Source of the DNA: an uncultured Gammaproteobacteria bacterium | Lineage (GTDB): Bacteria; Patescibacteriota; Microgenomatia; CAYQLK01 | Reading direction: 5' to 3' | DNA: 64,000 nucleotides | NCBI GenBank assembly: GCA_964404855.1 | Contig: CAYOLO010000001.1 | Coordinates: 595,396 to 659,395, forward strand | In this document: positions 19,791 to 28,378 of the stretch, piece by piece | Numbering within the stretch: position 1 is the stretch's first letter | Layout of the letters: every line of letters begins with the position of its first letter | The notes under the pieces: model-generated | Told to the model about the DNA's origin: nothing | Databases searched by the model: none | Seen by the model: the letters and a program-made list of their open reading frames with translations, nothing else | Made by a program: the position numbers and the translations under genes

Positions 19791-21782
19791 TTATTTAAGA
19801 ATATCTATTTGATTACGAATTTCTATTGCCTTTTCAAAATCTAGATCGTTTGCGGCTTCGTGCATCTGACGCATCAAAAATTTAATAATTTTGGTTTTTT
19901 CATCAGGCAAAATTACTCCTGTTTTGGCTTTTTCAATGGCATTTATAATTACATCGTCAAGTTTAGGTACTTCGGGTGCATCTAGATCTCTGTCGGAAAG
20001 TTTGTCTCTGACTCTTTTAGTAATTCCAATGGGAGTGATTTTATGTTTGAGATTGTATTGGAGTTGGATTTTGCGCCTGCGAGTTACCTCGTCTATCGCA
20101 GCCTGCATCGAGTCGGTGGTCTTGTCGGCATACATAATGACGCGTCCATCGAGATGACGGGCTGCTCTACCCATTGTCTGAATAAGCGAAGTTCTGGACC
20201 GCAAAAACCCTTCTTTGTCGGCGTCGAGAATAGCCACAAGCGAGACTTCTGGTAGATCTAAACCCTCTCTAAGAAGGTTGATTCCGACAATGCAATCGTA
20301 TTTCCCAAGACGCAGGTCATCTAAAATATCTGTTCTGTCGAGTGTGGTGATATCAGAGTGTAAATATTGAACATTGATACTTTTTTCTTCTAGATATTTT
20401 GATAAGTCTTCAGCCATTCTTTTGGTTAATGTAGTAACCAAAACCCTTTGACCTTTTTCAACTCTGTTTTTGACCTCAACTATTAAATCATCAATTTGTC
20501 CTTCGGTTGGTCTGATATCAATTTCTGGATCAACAAGCCCCGTTGGTCTGATAATTTGCTCAATAACCTTGCCGTTTGAAAGCGAAACTTCATATTCATT
20601 AGGGGTGGCTGAGACATAAACGGCTTGATTAATCTTACGACTGAACTCGTCAAATTTTAAAGGCCTGTTGTCTAGTGCTGAAGGTAAGCGAAAACCAAAA
20701 TCGATTAAGGTTTGTTTGCGTGCCTGGTCTCCGTTATACATACCTCTGATTTGAGGCAAGGTAATATGTGATTCATCGACCATTAATAAATAATCATCTG
20801 CAAAATAATCGAGTAATGAATATGGTGGTTCGCCTGGTTTTCGTCCGTCAAAATATCGAGAGTAGTTTTCGATACCGTTGCAGTAACCTAACTCTTGAAT
20901 AATTTCCATATCGTAATTGGTTTTTTGGCTGATTCGGTGAGCCTCAAGATCTTTACCAAGACGTTTGAGCTCTTTGACGCGCAAATCAAGGTCAGCCAAA
21001 ATTTGTTTTCGGCCTGCTTCAAACGTATCTCTGGAGGCCTGATAGTGTTTGGCTGGATAAAGAATCGCTTTTTGTAGTTCTCGAACCGTTGTGGCGTTAA
21101 TTGGGTCAGTTACCGTGATTTTGGTAATAGTATCGCCACTAAAATACAACCTTAATGGATTTTCTTCATAAGCAGGAAAGATTTCGATTATCTCTCCCCT
21201 TACTCTATAAACACCTCTACGAAAATCAATCTCATTGCGTTCGTATTGGATTCTGTCAAAGGATTTGAGTAGCTCGGATCTGGTAATTGTCTGCCCGACT
21301 GACATTTCGGCAATATAGCGATTGTATTCAACTGGTGAACCAAGGTTGTAGATACACGAGACCGAGGAAACTACAATTACGTCCTTACGTGTCATTAAAT
21401 TCATAGTTGCAGAAAGTCTAAGTTTGTCAATCTCTTGATTGATATCAGTTTCCTTCTCTATGTAGGTGTCTGTTTGCGGAATATAGGCTTCTGGACGGTA
21501 GTAATCGTAATAACTAACAAAATAACTAACGGCGTTATCGGGGAAAAATTCCCTAAACTCTTGATAAAGTTGGGCGGCTAAAGTTTTGTTGTGAGAAATA
21601 ATTAATGTTGGCCTTTGGGTGTTGGCGATGACGTTGGCCATGGTAAAAGTTTTACCTGAACCAGTGACACCAAGTAATGTTTGGTGCTTTTCTTTCGATT
21701 CGACGCCTTTAGTCAGGGTCTCAATCGCCTGTGGCTGATCGCCTGAAGGTTTATAGTCTGATTTGAGTACAAAGCCTGACAT
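19791..21782 (-). CDS. uvrB: excinuclease ABC subunit B
   Basis: 663 aa with helicase motifs (GVTGSGKT), beta-hairpin region and C-terminal UvrB/UvrC interaction helix. Confidence 0.95.
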   Translation of the reverse strand: MSGFVLKSDYKPSGDQPQAIETLTKGVESKEKHQTLLGVTGSGKTFTMANVIANTQRPTLIISHNKTLAAQLYQEFREFFPDNAVSYFVSYYDYYRPEAYIPQTDTYIEKETDINQEIDKLRLSATMNLMTRKDVIVVSSVSCIYNLGSPVEYNRYIAEMSVGQTITRSELLKSFDRIQYERNEIDFRRGVYRVRGEIIEIFPAYEENPLRLYFSGDTITKITVTDPINATTVRELQKAILYPAKHYQASRDTFEAGRKQILADLDLRVKELKRLGKDLEAHRISQKTNYDMEIIQELGYCNGIENYSRYFDGRKPGEPPYSLLDYFADDYLLMVDESHITLPQIRGMYNGDQARKQTLIDFGFRLPSALDNRPLKFDEFSRKINQAVYVSATPNEYEVSLSNGKVIEQIIRPTGLVDPEIDIRPTEGQIDDLIVEVKNRVEKGQRVLVTTLTKRMAEDLSKYLEEKSINVQYLHSDITTLDRTDILDDLRLGKYDCIVGINLLREGLDLPEVSLVAILDADKEGFLRSRTSLIQTMGRAARHLDGRVIMYADKTTDSMQAAIDEVTRRRKIQLQYNLKHKITPIGITKRVRDKLSDRDLDAPEVPKLDDVIINAIEKAKTGVILPDEKTKIIKFLMRQMHEAANDLDFEKAIEIRNQIDILK

Positions 21783-22342
21783 TAGTCGATGGGGATTTCT
21801 AGCACTACTTCGCCTTCAATTTGACCTCTATCTTGAGTAATTAAATTCTTTTCAGCTTTAGTGAATTCTTTATTAAGGCTTTTGGCTAATTTTGTAAAAA
21901 TTTTACTCTTAGCAAAATCGCCATTTTTTTGTAAATCTGAAATTAAACCAACCAGCTGCTCTCTAATTAAATTGACTTCCCTGCGGGACAATTGTGTTTT
22001 ACCAGGAAACCTGCCAAATAATTGATTAAGTGTGGCAAATTTTTCAGACAAAGTTGCACTAGCGTTTTCCAGTGGAGCAAGTGGACTAAAACTTTCTATG
22101 TCGATGTTTGTCCTACTAGTATCCTGGTCGACAATGCGTTGTTCGACAAAGACTGAGGAAAGAAATTCCAACATTTCAGCTGAAAGATCAACATCAAGAA
22201 CTTGTGAGTCGCCTCTGGAGGTGCCAATTATTTCACTTGCAGCGTCAATAACCGCTTCGGCATTAAAAAGTCTATCCTCCTGAAGAATTCTTTCTGCGGC
22301 CGCTACAGCATCATGTTCGTGTTCTGATTCTAGATGAAACAT
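21782..22342 (-). CDS. acidic hypothetical protein, translationally coupled to uvrB
   Basis: Its stop overlaps the uvrB start (ATGA). 186 aa, pI acidic, no known domain. Confidence 0.45.
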   Translation of the reverse strand: MFHLESEHEHDAVAAAERILQEDRLFNAEAVIDAASEIIGTSRGDSQVLDVDLSAEMLEFLSSVFVEQRIVDQDTSRTNIDIESFSPLAPLENASATLSEKFATLNQLFGRFPGKTQLSRREVNLIREQLVGLISDLQKNGDFAKSKIFTKLAKSLNKEFTKAEKNLITQDRGQIEGEVVLEIPID

Positions 22343-22403
22343 AGTTATTTGGCTTTAATTTGAGCCTCATTTTACCATATTTTGCCCGAAGCTTCTAAAG
22401 AGC

Positions 22404-23459
22404 TTGTTAAATAGTGTAATAATAAATACAGGTATGAATGATTTAGAACAAAGAGTTCCGGTTGGTGTAGCAAATATTGCAAAAATAATGCCTAATCCTG
22501 AGGCGCTACTTACAATTCCGCAAACGGAAAGAAACCCTGGAGGCCTAGTTGATGCAAGAATTGAAAATTTACGCAAACAACTGAGAGAAAAATACAAAGA
22601 TATGCCACCAGAACGAATTGAATTCGTTTTAGATGTCTTTTTCGGACCTTTTAACTTCAAGGAGTTTGACCGTGAAAAGAGATATTCAAGGGATGAGGCT
22701 AGAGAGATTAAAACTCGATCAGCTAGTATTCAACACTTAATGACACATATGGCACTACATGCTGGAAGCGAAAATGCTGATCCTCAATTTCAATTAAAAA
22801 TAGCAAACCAACTACAAAAATATCAAGAAATTGCCTCAAGTCGATTCGGACGAGATATGGAGCTTAACAAGTTTTTGAAAGGTGTTATGGCGGAAATTGG
22901 TGTGGTCAAAGCACTATTATCCGCTGGATGTGAAGTTGTTCTTCCAGATTATCAACCGCAAAAATCATTCGAGGACAGTCCAGTTTGTCAGATGGATGTT
23001 GATCGTGGAATTGATTTAATTGCCGTAAAGGGTGCGGATATTTTCTTAGTCGATGCTAAAGGCACTAGATACTTCGAGGAACCGACTACAAAAAAAACTA
23101 AAGTTGATGCTAATGGAAACCCACTGGTAAGAAATGCGGTAGATATCGTAGAACAACAAAAATATGAATGGAATTTACCTAGTTTGCGGGGAGTTTCGGG
23201 GGTTGAGGATGTTTTTAGACAACATCCAAGCGCTACTGTGCATAAACTTATGATAAAAGTTCCAACCAGTGAGGAATTTTTGCCACCTATTAATTTACAA
23301 GATGGTAGGCCTGTTGGAAATTCCATTAGATCATTCGCTAGGTTGAACTCTGGTCTTACTAATGATATAATTATGGGTCTAGATAGATCTCGATTGTCCC
23401 GTATGGGATATCAACTATCAACATCAAACGAGGAGGCTGTCAATGCAAAGTCAGCATAG
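22404..23459 (+). CDS. hypothetical protein with C-terminal PD-(D/E)xK (restriction-endonuclease-like) nuclease motif
   Basis: Motif GIDLIAVKGADIFLVDAKG follows the D...(D/E)xK pattern of Hjc/NucS-like nucleases. Confidence 0.5.
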   Translation: MLNSVIINTGMNDLEQRVPVGVANIAKIMPNPEALLTIPQTERNPGGLVDARIENLRKQLREKYKDMPPERIEFVLDVFFGPFNFKEFDREKRYSRDEAREIKTRSASIQHLMTHMALHAGSENADPQFQLKIANQLQKYQEIASSRFGRDMELNKFLKGVMAEIGVVKALLSAGCEVVLPDYQPQKSFEDSPVCQMDVDRGIDLIAVKGADIFLVDAKGTRYFEEPTTKKTKVDANGNPLVRNAVDIVEQQKYEWNLPSLRGVSGVEDVFRQHPSATVHKLMIKVPTSEEFLPPINLQDGRPVGNSIRSFARLNSGLTNDIIMGLDRSRLSRMGYQLSTSNEEAVNAKSA

Positions 23460-23652
23460 ACACACGCCCGTTCGTATTACTGGCGAAAACAATGTACCAG
23501 CTCCACTTATTGACGAGCGCGAGCTTGAGATAATTGGCGAAATCGCGGAACAGATCGAAAAGGAATTTCCTGAAGATCCAGACCAAGATGGCATTGTGCC
23601 AACGATTGCGGACGAACCAGCTGGAAACAGCGACACGACCGACCATGAGTGA
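23443..23652 (+). CDS. small highly acidic protein overlapping the upstream gene
   Basis: 69 aa with a D/E-rich C-terminus. Start overlaps the stop of the preceding gene by 17 nt. Followed directly by a terminator. Confidence 0.45.
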   Translation: MQSQHRHTPVRITGENNVPAPLIDERELEIIGEIAEQIEKEFPEDPDQDGIVPTIADEPAGNSDTTDHE

Positions 23653-23675
23653 AACATCTCATGGTCTTTTTTTTA
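23641..23675 (+). terminator. rho-independent terminator
   Basis: gaccatgag-tgaaacat-ctcatggtc perfect 9-bp stem followed by TTTTTTTT. Confidence 0.85.
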
Positions 23676-23801
23676 TAGGATACTATTGAATAATAAACAT
23701 TAGTCTTGATTTTCGGGTTTTCTTTGTTATAATTATTTTAGACTGAATGAACTTGTGGAAGCAGTACAAGGTCAAAATTACAAAATAAAAAAACAAAAAA
23801 T

Positions 23802-24416
23802 ATGCCAGTTACTTTATACAAAAGACAAAAACAAATTTTAGATTTTATTAATCAGTATGTTTCTGTAAACGGACACTCACCGACATTGCAGGAAATTGCT
23901 GATGCTCTATCACTAAGATCACTTGCAACTGTTCACGAACATCTGCAGGCACTAAGTCGAAAAGGAATAATCAGACGTTTTGAGGGTTCTGTTAGAGGAA
24001 TCGAAGTTTTAGATAAAAAAATTGGTGATTCTTTACAGGGTATTGAACTCCCTTTGTTGGGGTTTATTGCTGCCGGCGCACCGATTGAACCGTACACTGA
24101 CCCAAATGCAACTTTTTCTGTCTCCCCTGCTTTGGTTTCGTCAAAAAAAAGAAGTTATGTTTTGCAAGTAAAAGGCGATTCGATGATCGAAGACGGAATT
24201 CTAGATGGGGACTTTGTTGTAATTGAGGAGCAAAATGTGGCGAATAATGGCGATATTATTGTTGCCTTACTTGAAAACGGAGTTGCGACTTTAAAACGAT
24301 TTTTTAAAGAAAAAGACCGTATCAGATTACAGCCAGCTAATAGCACCATGAAGCCTATTTATGCCAAAAAGGTGACTGTTCAAGGTAAGGTTGTGGGAGT
24401 TATTAGGAAATTTTAA
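23802..24416 (+). CDS. lexA: LexA repressor (S24 peptidase)
   Basis: N-terminal winged HTH (TLQEIADALSLRSLATVHEHLQALSRKG). Cleavage-site region and S24 catalytic VKGDSMIEDGI...K. Confidence 0.9.
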   Translation: MPVTLYKRQKQILDFINQYVSVNGHSPTLQEIADALSLRSLATVHEHLQALSRKGIIRRFEGSVRGIEVLDKKIGDSLQGIELPLLGFIAAGAPIEPYTDPNATFSVSPALVSSKKRSYVLQVKGDSMIEDGILDGDFVVIEEQNVANNGDIIVALLENGVATLKRFFKEKDRIRLQPANSTMKPIYAKKVTVQGKVVGVIRKF

Positions 24417-24493
24417 GATAATAGTTTTGGTTACTGTAGTTGTATAAATTGTAAAAATTGTTTTGCTATATTTGCCTGTGATAGAGTTAAGGT

Positions 24494-24979
24494 ATGGATA
24501 CAAACAACAATAACAACCCCTTGGACCCGGGATTGGGTTCTACTCCTCCTACAAGTGATGCTAGCTCAGATGCTCCAGTTGTTGCACCTGATATGGGTGT
24601 ACCTGTTGCACCGGCTCCAGACCCACTCGATGTTCCAGTAGTGGATGTACCTGTTGCACCAACAACTGATGCACCTGCTCCTGAGATGGAAATGCCAGCT
24701 CCAGTTGCAGATGTTCCTGCACCAGCAGCTGTAGTTGATGTGCCACCAGTTGCACCAGTAAACGATGCGCCTGTTGGGTTTGACCCTGCAATTCCTGCAG
24801 CCGAAGCCCCAGTTGGTGACTCTCAATACAACGCTGACGTTGATGCTGCAAAAGCTGACTTTCATACTGGTATGGATAATATTGAAAAAAAGTATGATGC
24901 TCCAGAAACAACACCTGTTTCAACTGACTCAGCAGTTCCAACTCCAACAACTGACGCTCCAGCCGAAGGTCAGAGTTAA
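24494..24979 (+). CDS. Pro/Ala/Val/Asp-rich low-complexity protein
   Basis: 161 aa with repetitive PVAP/DVPV motifs and an acidic pI. Confidence 0.4.
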   Translation: MDTNNNNNPLDPGLGSTPPTSDASSDAPVVAPDMGVPVAPAPDPLDVPVVDVPVAPTTDAPAPEMEMPAPVADVPAPAAVVDVPPVAPVNDAPVGFDPAIPAAEAPVGDSQYNADVDAAKADFHTGMDNIEKKYDAPETTPVSTDSAVPTPTTDAPAEGQS

Positions 24980-25041
24980 TAAACAAAGAAAATAATTAAA
25001 TCCCCTTCGATTTATTCAGTTTTGAATATTTAGGAGGGTTT

Positions 25042-25911
25042 TTATGTGGCGTTAGTGTTGCCGGTTGAAAGATTATCCAGTAAGTTGTGTGGGGTCGTAA
25101 CTGGCTTGGTAACTAAAGCGCCTTTATCAAGCTGTCTTAGTTCTGACTCGTAAGTTGATTTAAGCGTTTTATAGATTATTCCTGTGGCAATTGGATCATC
25201 CTGCATCGCAATCTTTATAGCTTCTTGGACGTTTTCAAAATCATGGCCAAGATCCTGAAGTTTAACTATTTTTTCTCTATACCATTGATAAGTGTTAATT
25301 TTATTGAAGGTAACACAAGGTTGTAATGCATCTACTAGTGAAAAACCTTTGTGGTTTATACCCTCAACAATTAAATCTGTGAGCTGAGTAATATCTCCTG
25401 CAAATCCTCTCGAAACGAATGTTGCTCCTGAGATAACCGCAAGAGCAAGCGGATTGAGTGCGGTTTCGATTACACCTTCAGGTGTAGATTTTGACTGATA
25501 TCCTTTGGTTGCAGTTGGAGAACTTTGCCCAGTTGTAAGCCCATAGACGCCGTTATTGTGAATAATAACAGTAATATCATGATTGCCTCGCATAGCTGCA
25601 AGTAAATGATTGAGCCCTTCTCCATAGGTATCGCCATCACCAGCTACGACAACGACATGTTGAGTATGGTTGGCAATTTTTGCCCCTACGGCAACAGGAA
25701 CAGGTCTTCCATGAAGCCCTTCAAACCCATAAGCGTGCATAAAATTGACCATATGCCCATGACAGCCCACTCCATAAACAAGCGTAACTTCGTGGGGTGC
25801 AATATTGAGTTTAACTAAAGCTGATTTGATTGCGGCCCAAATTCCAAAGTCACCACATCCAGCACACCAGTTTGGGAAACAGCCTGAATCAAAATCTTGT
25901 GTAATGCTCAT
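25042..25911 (-). CDS. 2-oxoacid:ferredoxin oxidoreductase subunit beta (TPP-binding)
   Basis: CxGCGDFGI motif and GDG TPP-binding region typical of KorB/PorB. Confidence 0.85.
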   Translation of the reverse strand: MSITQDFDSGCFPNWCAGCGDFGIWAAIKSALVKLNIAPHEVTLVYGVGCHGHMVNFMHAYGFEGLHGRPVPVAVGAKIANHTQHVVVVAGDGDTYGEGLNHLLAAMRGNHDITVIIHNNGVYGLTTGQSSPTATKGYQSKSTPEGVIETALNPLALAVISGATFVSRGFAGDITQLTDLIVEGINHKGFSLVDALQPCVTFNKINTYQWYREKIVKLQDLGHDFENVQEAIKIAMQDDPIATGIIYKTLKSTYESELRQLDKGALVTKPVTTPHNLLDNLSTGNTNAT

Positions 25912-27635
25912 ATTTTTTGAATTGTTTTTTCAAATACTTTAGCTAGATCATACGCCATAAATGGCCTTCCATCGTACCGTCTGACGCGGTGGCCAATTGT
26001 GACACCAGTTAGTTTTTTGAGGTAGCCTTCTAGTTGACCGGTAAAATTATTTTCAACGACAATCACATTTGAACCATCTTTAAGATAATTGACTAATGAT
26101 TTTGTATTGATTGGGTTAAGTCTGTCAATCGAAAGAAACGAATAATCATTTTTATTGGTAACCATGTCTAGTGCATCTAGAATAACTCCTTTGTTTGAAC
26201 CGAAAGAAATAATTTTAAGCTTGCCTTTTTGAGGGTTGATTGGTCTAAATGGTGGTGTTTTGGTGGTTAAAAGTGCAAGTTTTCTGAATCTTTTTTGTGT
26301 CATTTGAATCCTTGTTTTGTCACTTTCAGTAGATTGACCTGATTCTTCGTGTTCGTCAGAATTGGCGGCGAAAACAAAACCTCGCATACCTGGAATAGCG
26401 CGTGGTGAAATTCCATTTGCTGTGACTTGGTACCTACTGTAGTTTTTAGGCTTGTCTCGCTGAGTTATCAAACGACCCCTGTCAATCATGATTTTGGATA
26501 GGTCGAATAAATCAACAGTTGCGTGAGATTCCAGTACCATTTTGTCAGTGAGAATAATTACAGGAGTTTGATAAATATCGGCAAGATTAAAGGCTTCAAT
26601 TGTTGCCCAGAAACACTCAGAAATATCGCCTGGAGACAGAACAATACGAGGAAATTCTCCATGACCAGCTGAAAGCACAAAATCTAAATCTTCTTGGGCA
26701 GTCCAAGTTGGCATTCCCGTAGCGGGACCTGGTCTTTGACCTTCGACAATTACGATTGGGGTTTCGGTAATACCAGCAAGCGACACGCCTTCAGACATCA
26801 AAGCGAATCCTCCTCCGCTGGTTGCCGTCATGGCTCTAACACCTGTAAATGAGGCACCGATAGCCATATTAACGGCCGATATTTCATCTTCGGTATGTTT
26901 GACCACCATGTCATGTTTTGGCCCGTTTTTAGCCAAAAAATGCATCAGTGCTGAGGTAGGAGTCATTGGGTACCCAGCAAAAAACTTACAGCCTGCTGCA
27001 AGAGCACCAAGGGCTATTGCTTCGTTTCCACTAATTAACAATTGATCCTTACGGGGAGTTTTTATAAGAGGCAAAATATCAGGATATTTGGTATTTACAT
27101 AATCAAATCCGTCTTTTGCGACTTTGACATTCTGAACAACGACTTGTGTACCTTTGGCGGCAAATGATCTAGTAAGAACATTTTCTAGTTCAACAAATGG
27201 AATACCAAGAACCGCAACTGCTGCTCCTAACGAGGCGTTGTTAGCCATCAACGGGTCAGCATTATTATCTAGTGCTATTTTGTGTGCCGGAAGATCTATT
27301 TTTCTGACTTTGGTTGGTATGTTCAAATCGTCAGTATTAAATGCGTGTGAATCATAAATAACAGTTGATTTTGATGTAAGTTCATTAAGGTGGAGTTTGA
27401 TGCCGTTTGGATTAAGAGCTACTAAAACTTCAGTTGTGTGTTTGGGAGATCTAACTTGTGATCTGGAAAAAGTAACTTGATATGTGTTATGTCCACCGCG
27501 AATTAATGATGGATATTCTGAGTACCCAAATACATTAAATCCTAAGCTGCTCACAAGGGTCGCAAGTGATTGACCGGTAGTCATAACTCCGGCACCGGCT
27601 TCTCCAGCAACTTTAAAGCTAATTGATTCCAACAT
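25908..27635 (-). CDS. 2-oxoacid:ferredoxin oxidoreductase subunit alpha (KorA-like)
   Basis: 575 aa with N-terminal gamma-like domain and POR pyrimidine-binding domain. 4-nt overlap with the beta subunit gene. Confidence 0.8.
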   Translation of the reverse strand: MLESISFKVAGEAGAGVMTTGQSLATLVSSLGFNVFGYSEYPSLIRGGHNTYQVTFSRSQVRSPKHTTEVLVALNPNGIKLHLNELTSKSTVIYDSHAFNTDDLNIPTKVRKIDLPAHKIALDNNADPLMANNASLGAAVAVLGIPFVELENVLTRSFAAKGTQVVVQNVKVAKDGFDYVNTKYPDILPLIKTPRKDQLLISGNEAIALGALAAGCKFFAGYPMTPTSALMHFLAKNGPKHDMVVKHTEDEISAVNMAIGASFTGVRAMTATSGGGFALMSEGVSLAGITETPIVIVEGQRPGPATGMPTWTAQEDLDFVLSAGHGEFPRIVLSPGDISECFWATIEAFNLADIYQTPVIILTDKMVLESHATVDLFDLSKIMIDRGRLITQRDKPKNYSRYQVTANGISPRAIPGMRGFVFAANSDEHEESGQSTESDKTRIQMTQKRFRKLALLTTKTPPFRPINPQKGKLKIISFGSNKGVILDALDMVTNKNDYSFLSIDRLNPINTKSLVNYLKDGSNVIVVENNFTGQLEGYLKKLTGVTIGHRVRRYDGRPFMAYDLAKVFEKTIQKI

Positions 27636-27683
27636 AATTTTTAAAAATTAAGGCTATAAGGCAACTATGATAACATCATTTGT

Positions 27684-28376
27684 ATGAGTGAGAGTCAAGC
27701 TACATCTTTATATGTTATTTCAACTCCAATTGGCAACCTAGCCGATATGACCAACAGAGGACTAATGGCTCTAAAAACTGTCGATACCTTGTTGTGTGAA
27801 GATACCAGACGAACCGCCAAACTATTAAATCACTACGAGATTAAAGCCTCAATGCTGACGTTTGCGGATTTTAATGAAAATAAAATATTCGACCAAATTG
27901 TCGCCAGAATGGAAGATGGCGAAGTTTTTGGCTTAGTCTCTGACGCTGGCACTCCACTAGTTTCAGATCCAGGCTACAAACTATTGCGGGCAGTGATTGA
28001 TAAAGGACTAAAGGTTGAAGTTATGCCTGGAGCTTCGGCGGTGCTTACAGCTTTGGTTGGTTCGGGAATGACGCCTGACAAATTTTTGTTTTTGGGGTTT
28101 TTGTCTAGAAAACTTTCTAAACGAACGAAGGTTTTGGAAGCAGCTAAGTTATTTAAAAACGAAACAGATACTACAATAATTTTTTATGAGGCGCCAACTA
28201 GAATTATTAAGTTTTTGACAGAACTTACGACTTACTTTTCCGATAGAGAGGTTGTTGTGGCTCGGGAATTAACTAAAGAACACGAAGAGTTTATTAGAGG
28301 TAGTTTTGATGACGTAATTGCAAAACTGCAACTTAAAAAAGGTAAAATTAAAGGCGAATTTACAGTTCTGGTTTAA
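27684..28376 (+). CDS. rsmI: 16S rRNA (cytidine1402-2'-O)-methyltransferase RsmI (tetrapyrrole-methylase fold)
   Basis: LYVISTPIGNLADMTNRGLMALKTVDTLLCEDTRRTAKLL is the typical RsmI N-terminus. Confidence 0.8.
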   Translation: MSESQATSLYVISTPIGNLADMTNRGLMALKTVDTLLCEDTRRTAKLLNHYEIKASMLTFADFNENKIFDQIVARMEDGEVFGLVSDAGTPLVSDPGYKLLRAVIDKGLKVEVMPGASAVLTALVGSGMTPDKFLFLGFLSRKLSKRTKVLEAAKLFKNETDTTIIFYEAPTRIIKFLTELTTYFSDREVVVARELTKEHEEFIRGSFDDVIAKLQLKKGKIKGEFTVLV

Positions 28377-28378
28377 AT

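Noticed and set aside
24561-24995. Several antisense and alternative-frame ORFs in the Pro/Ala-rich gene
   Set aside because: These are low-complexity repeat DNA artefacts.
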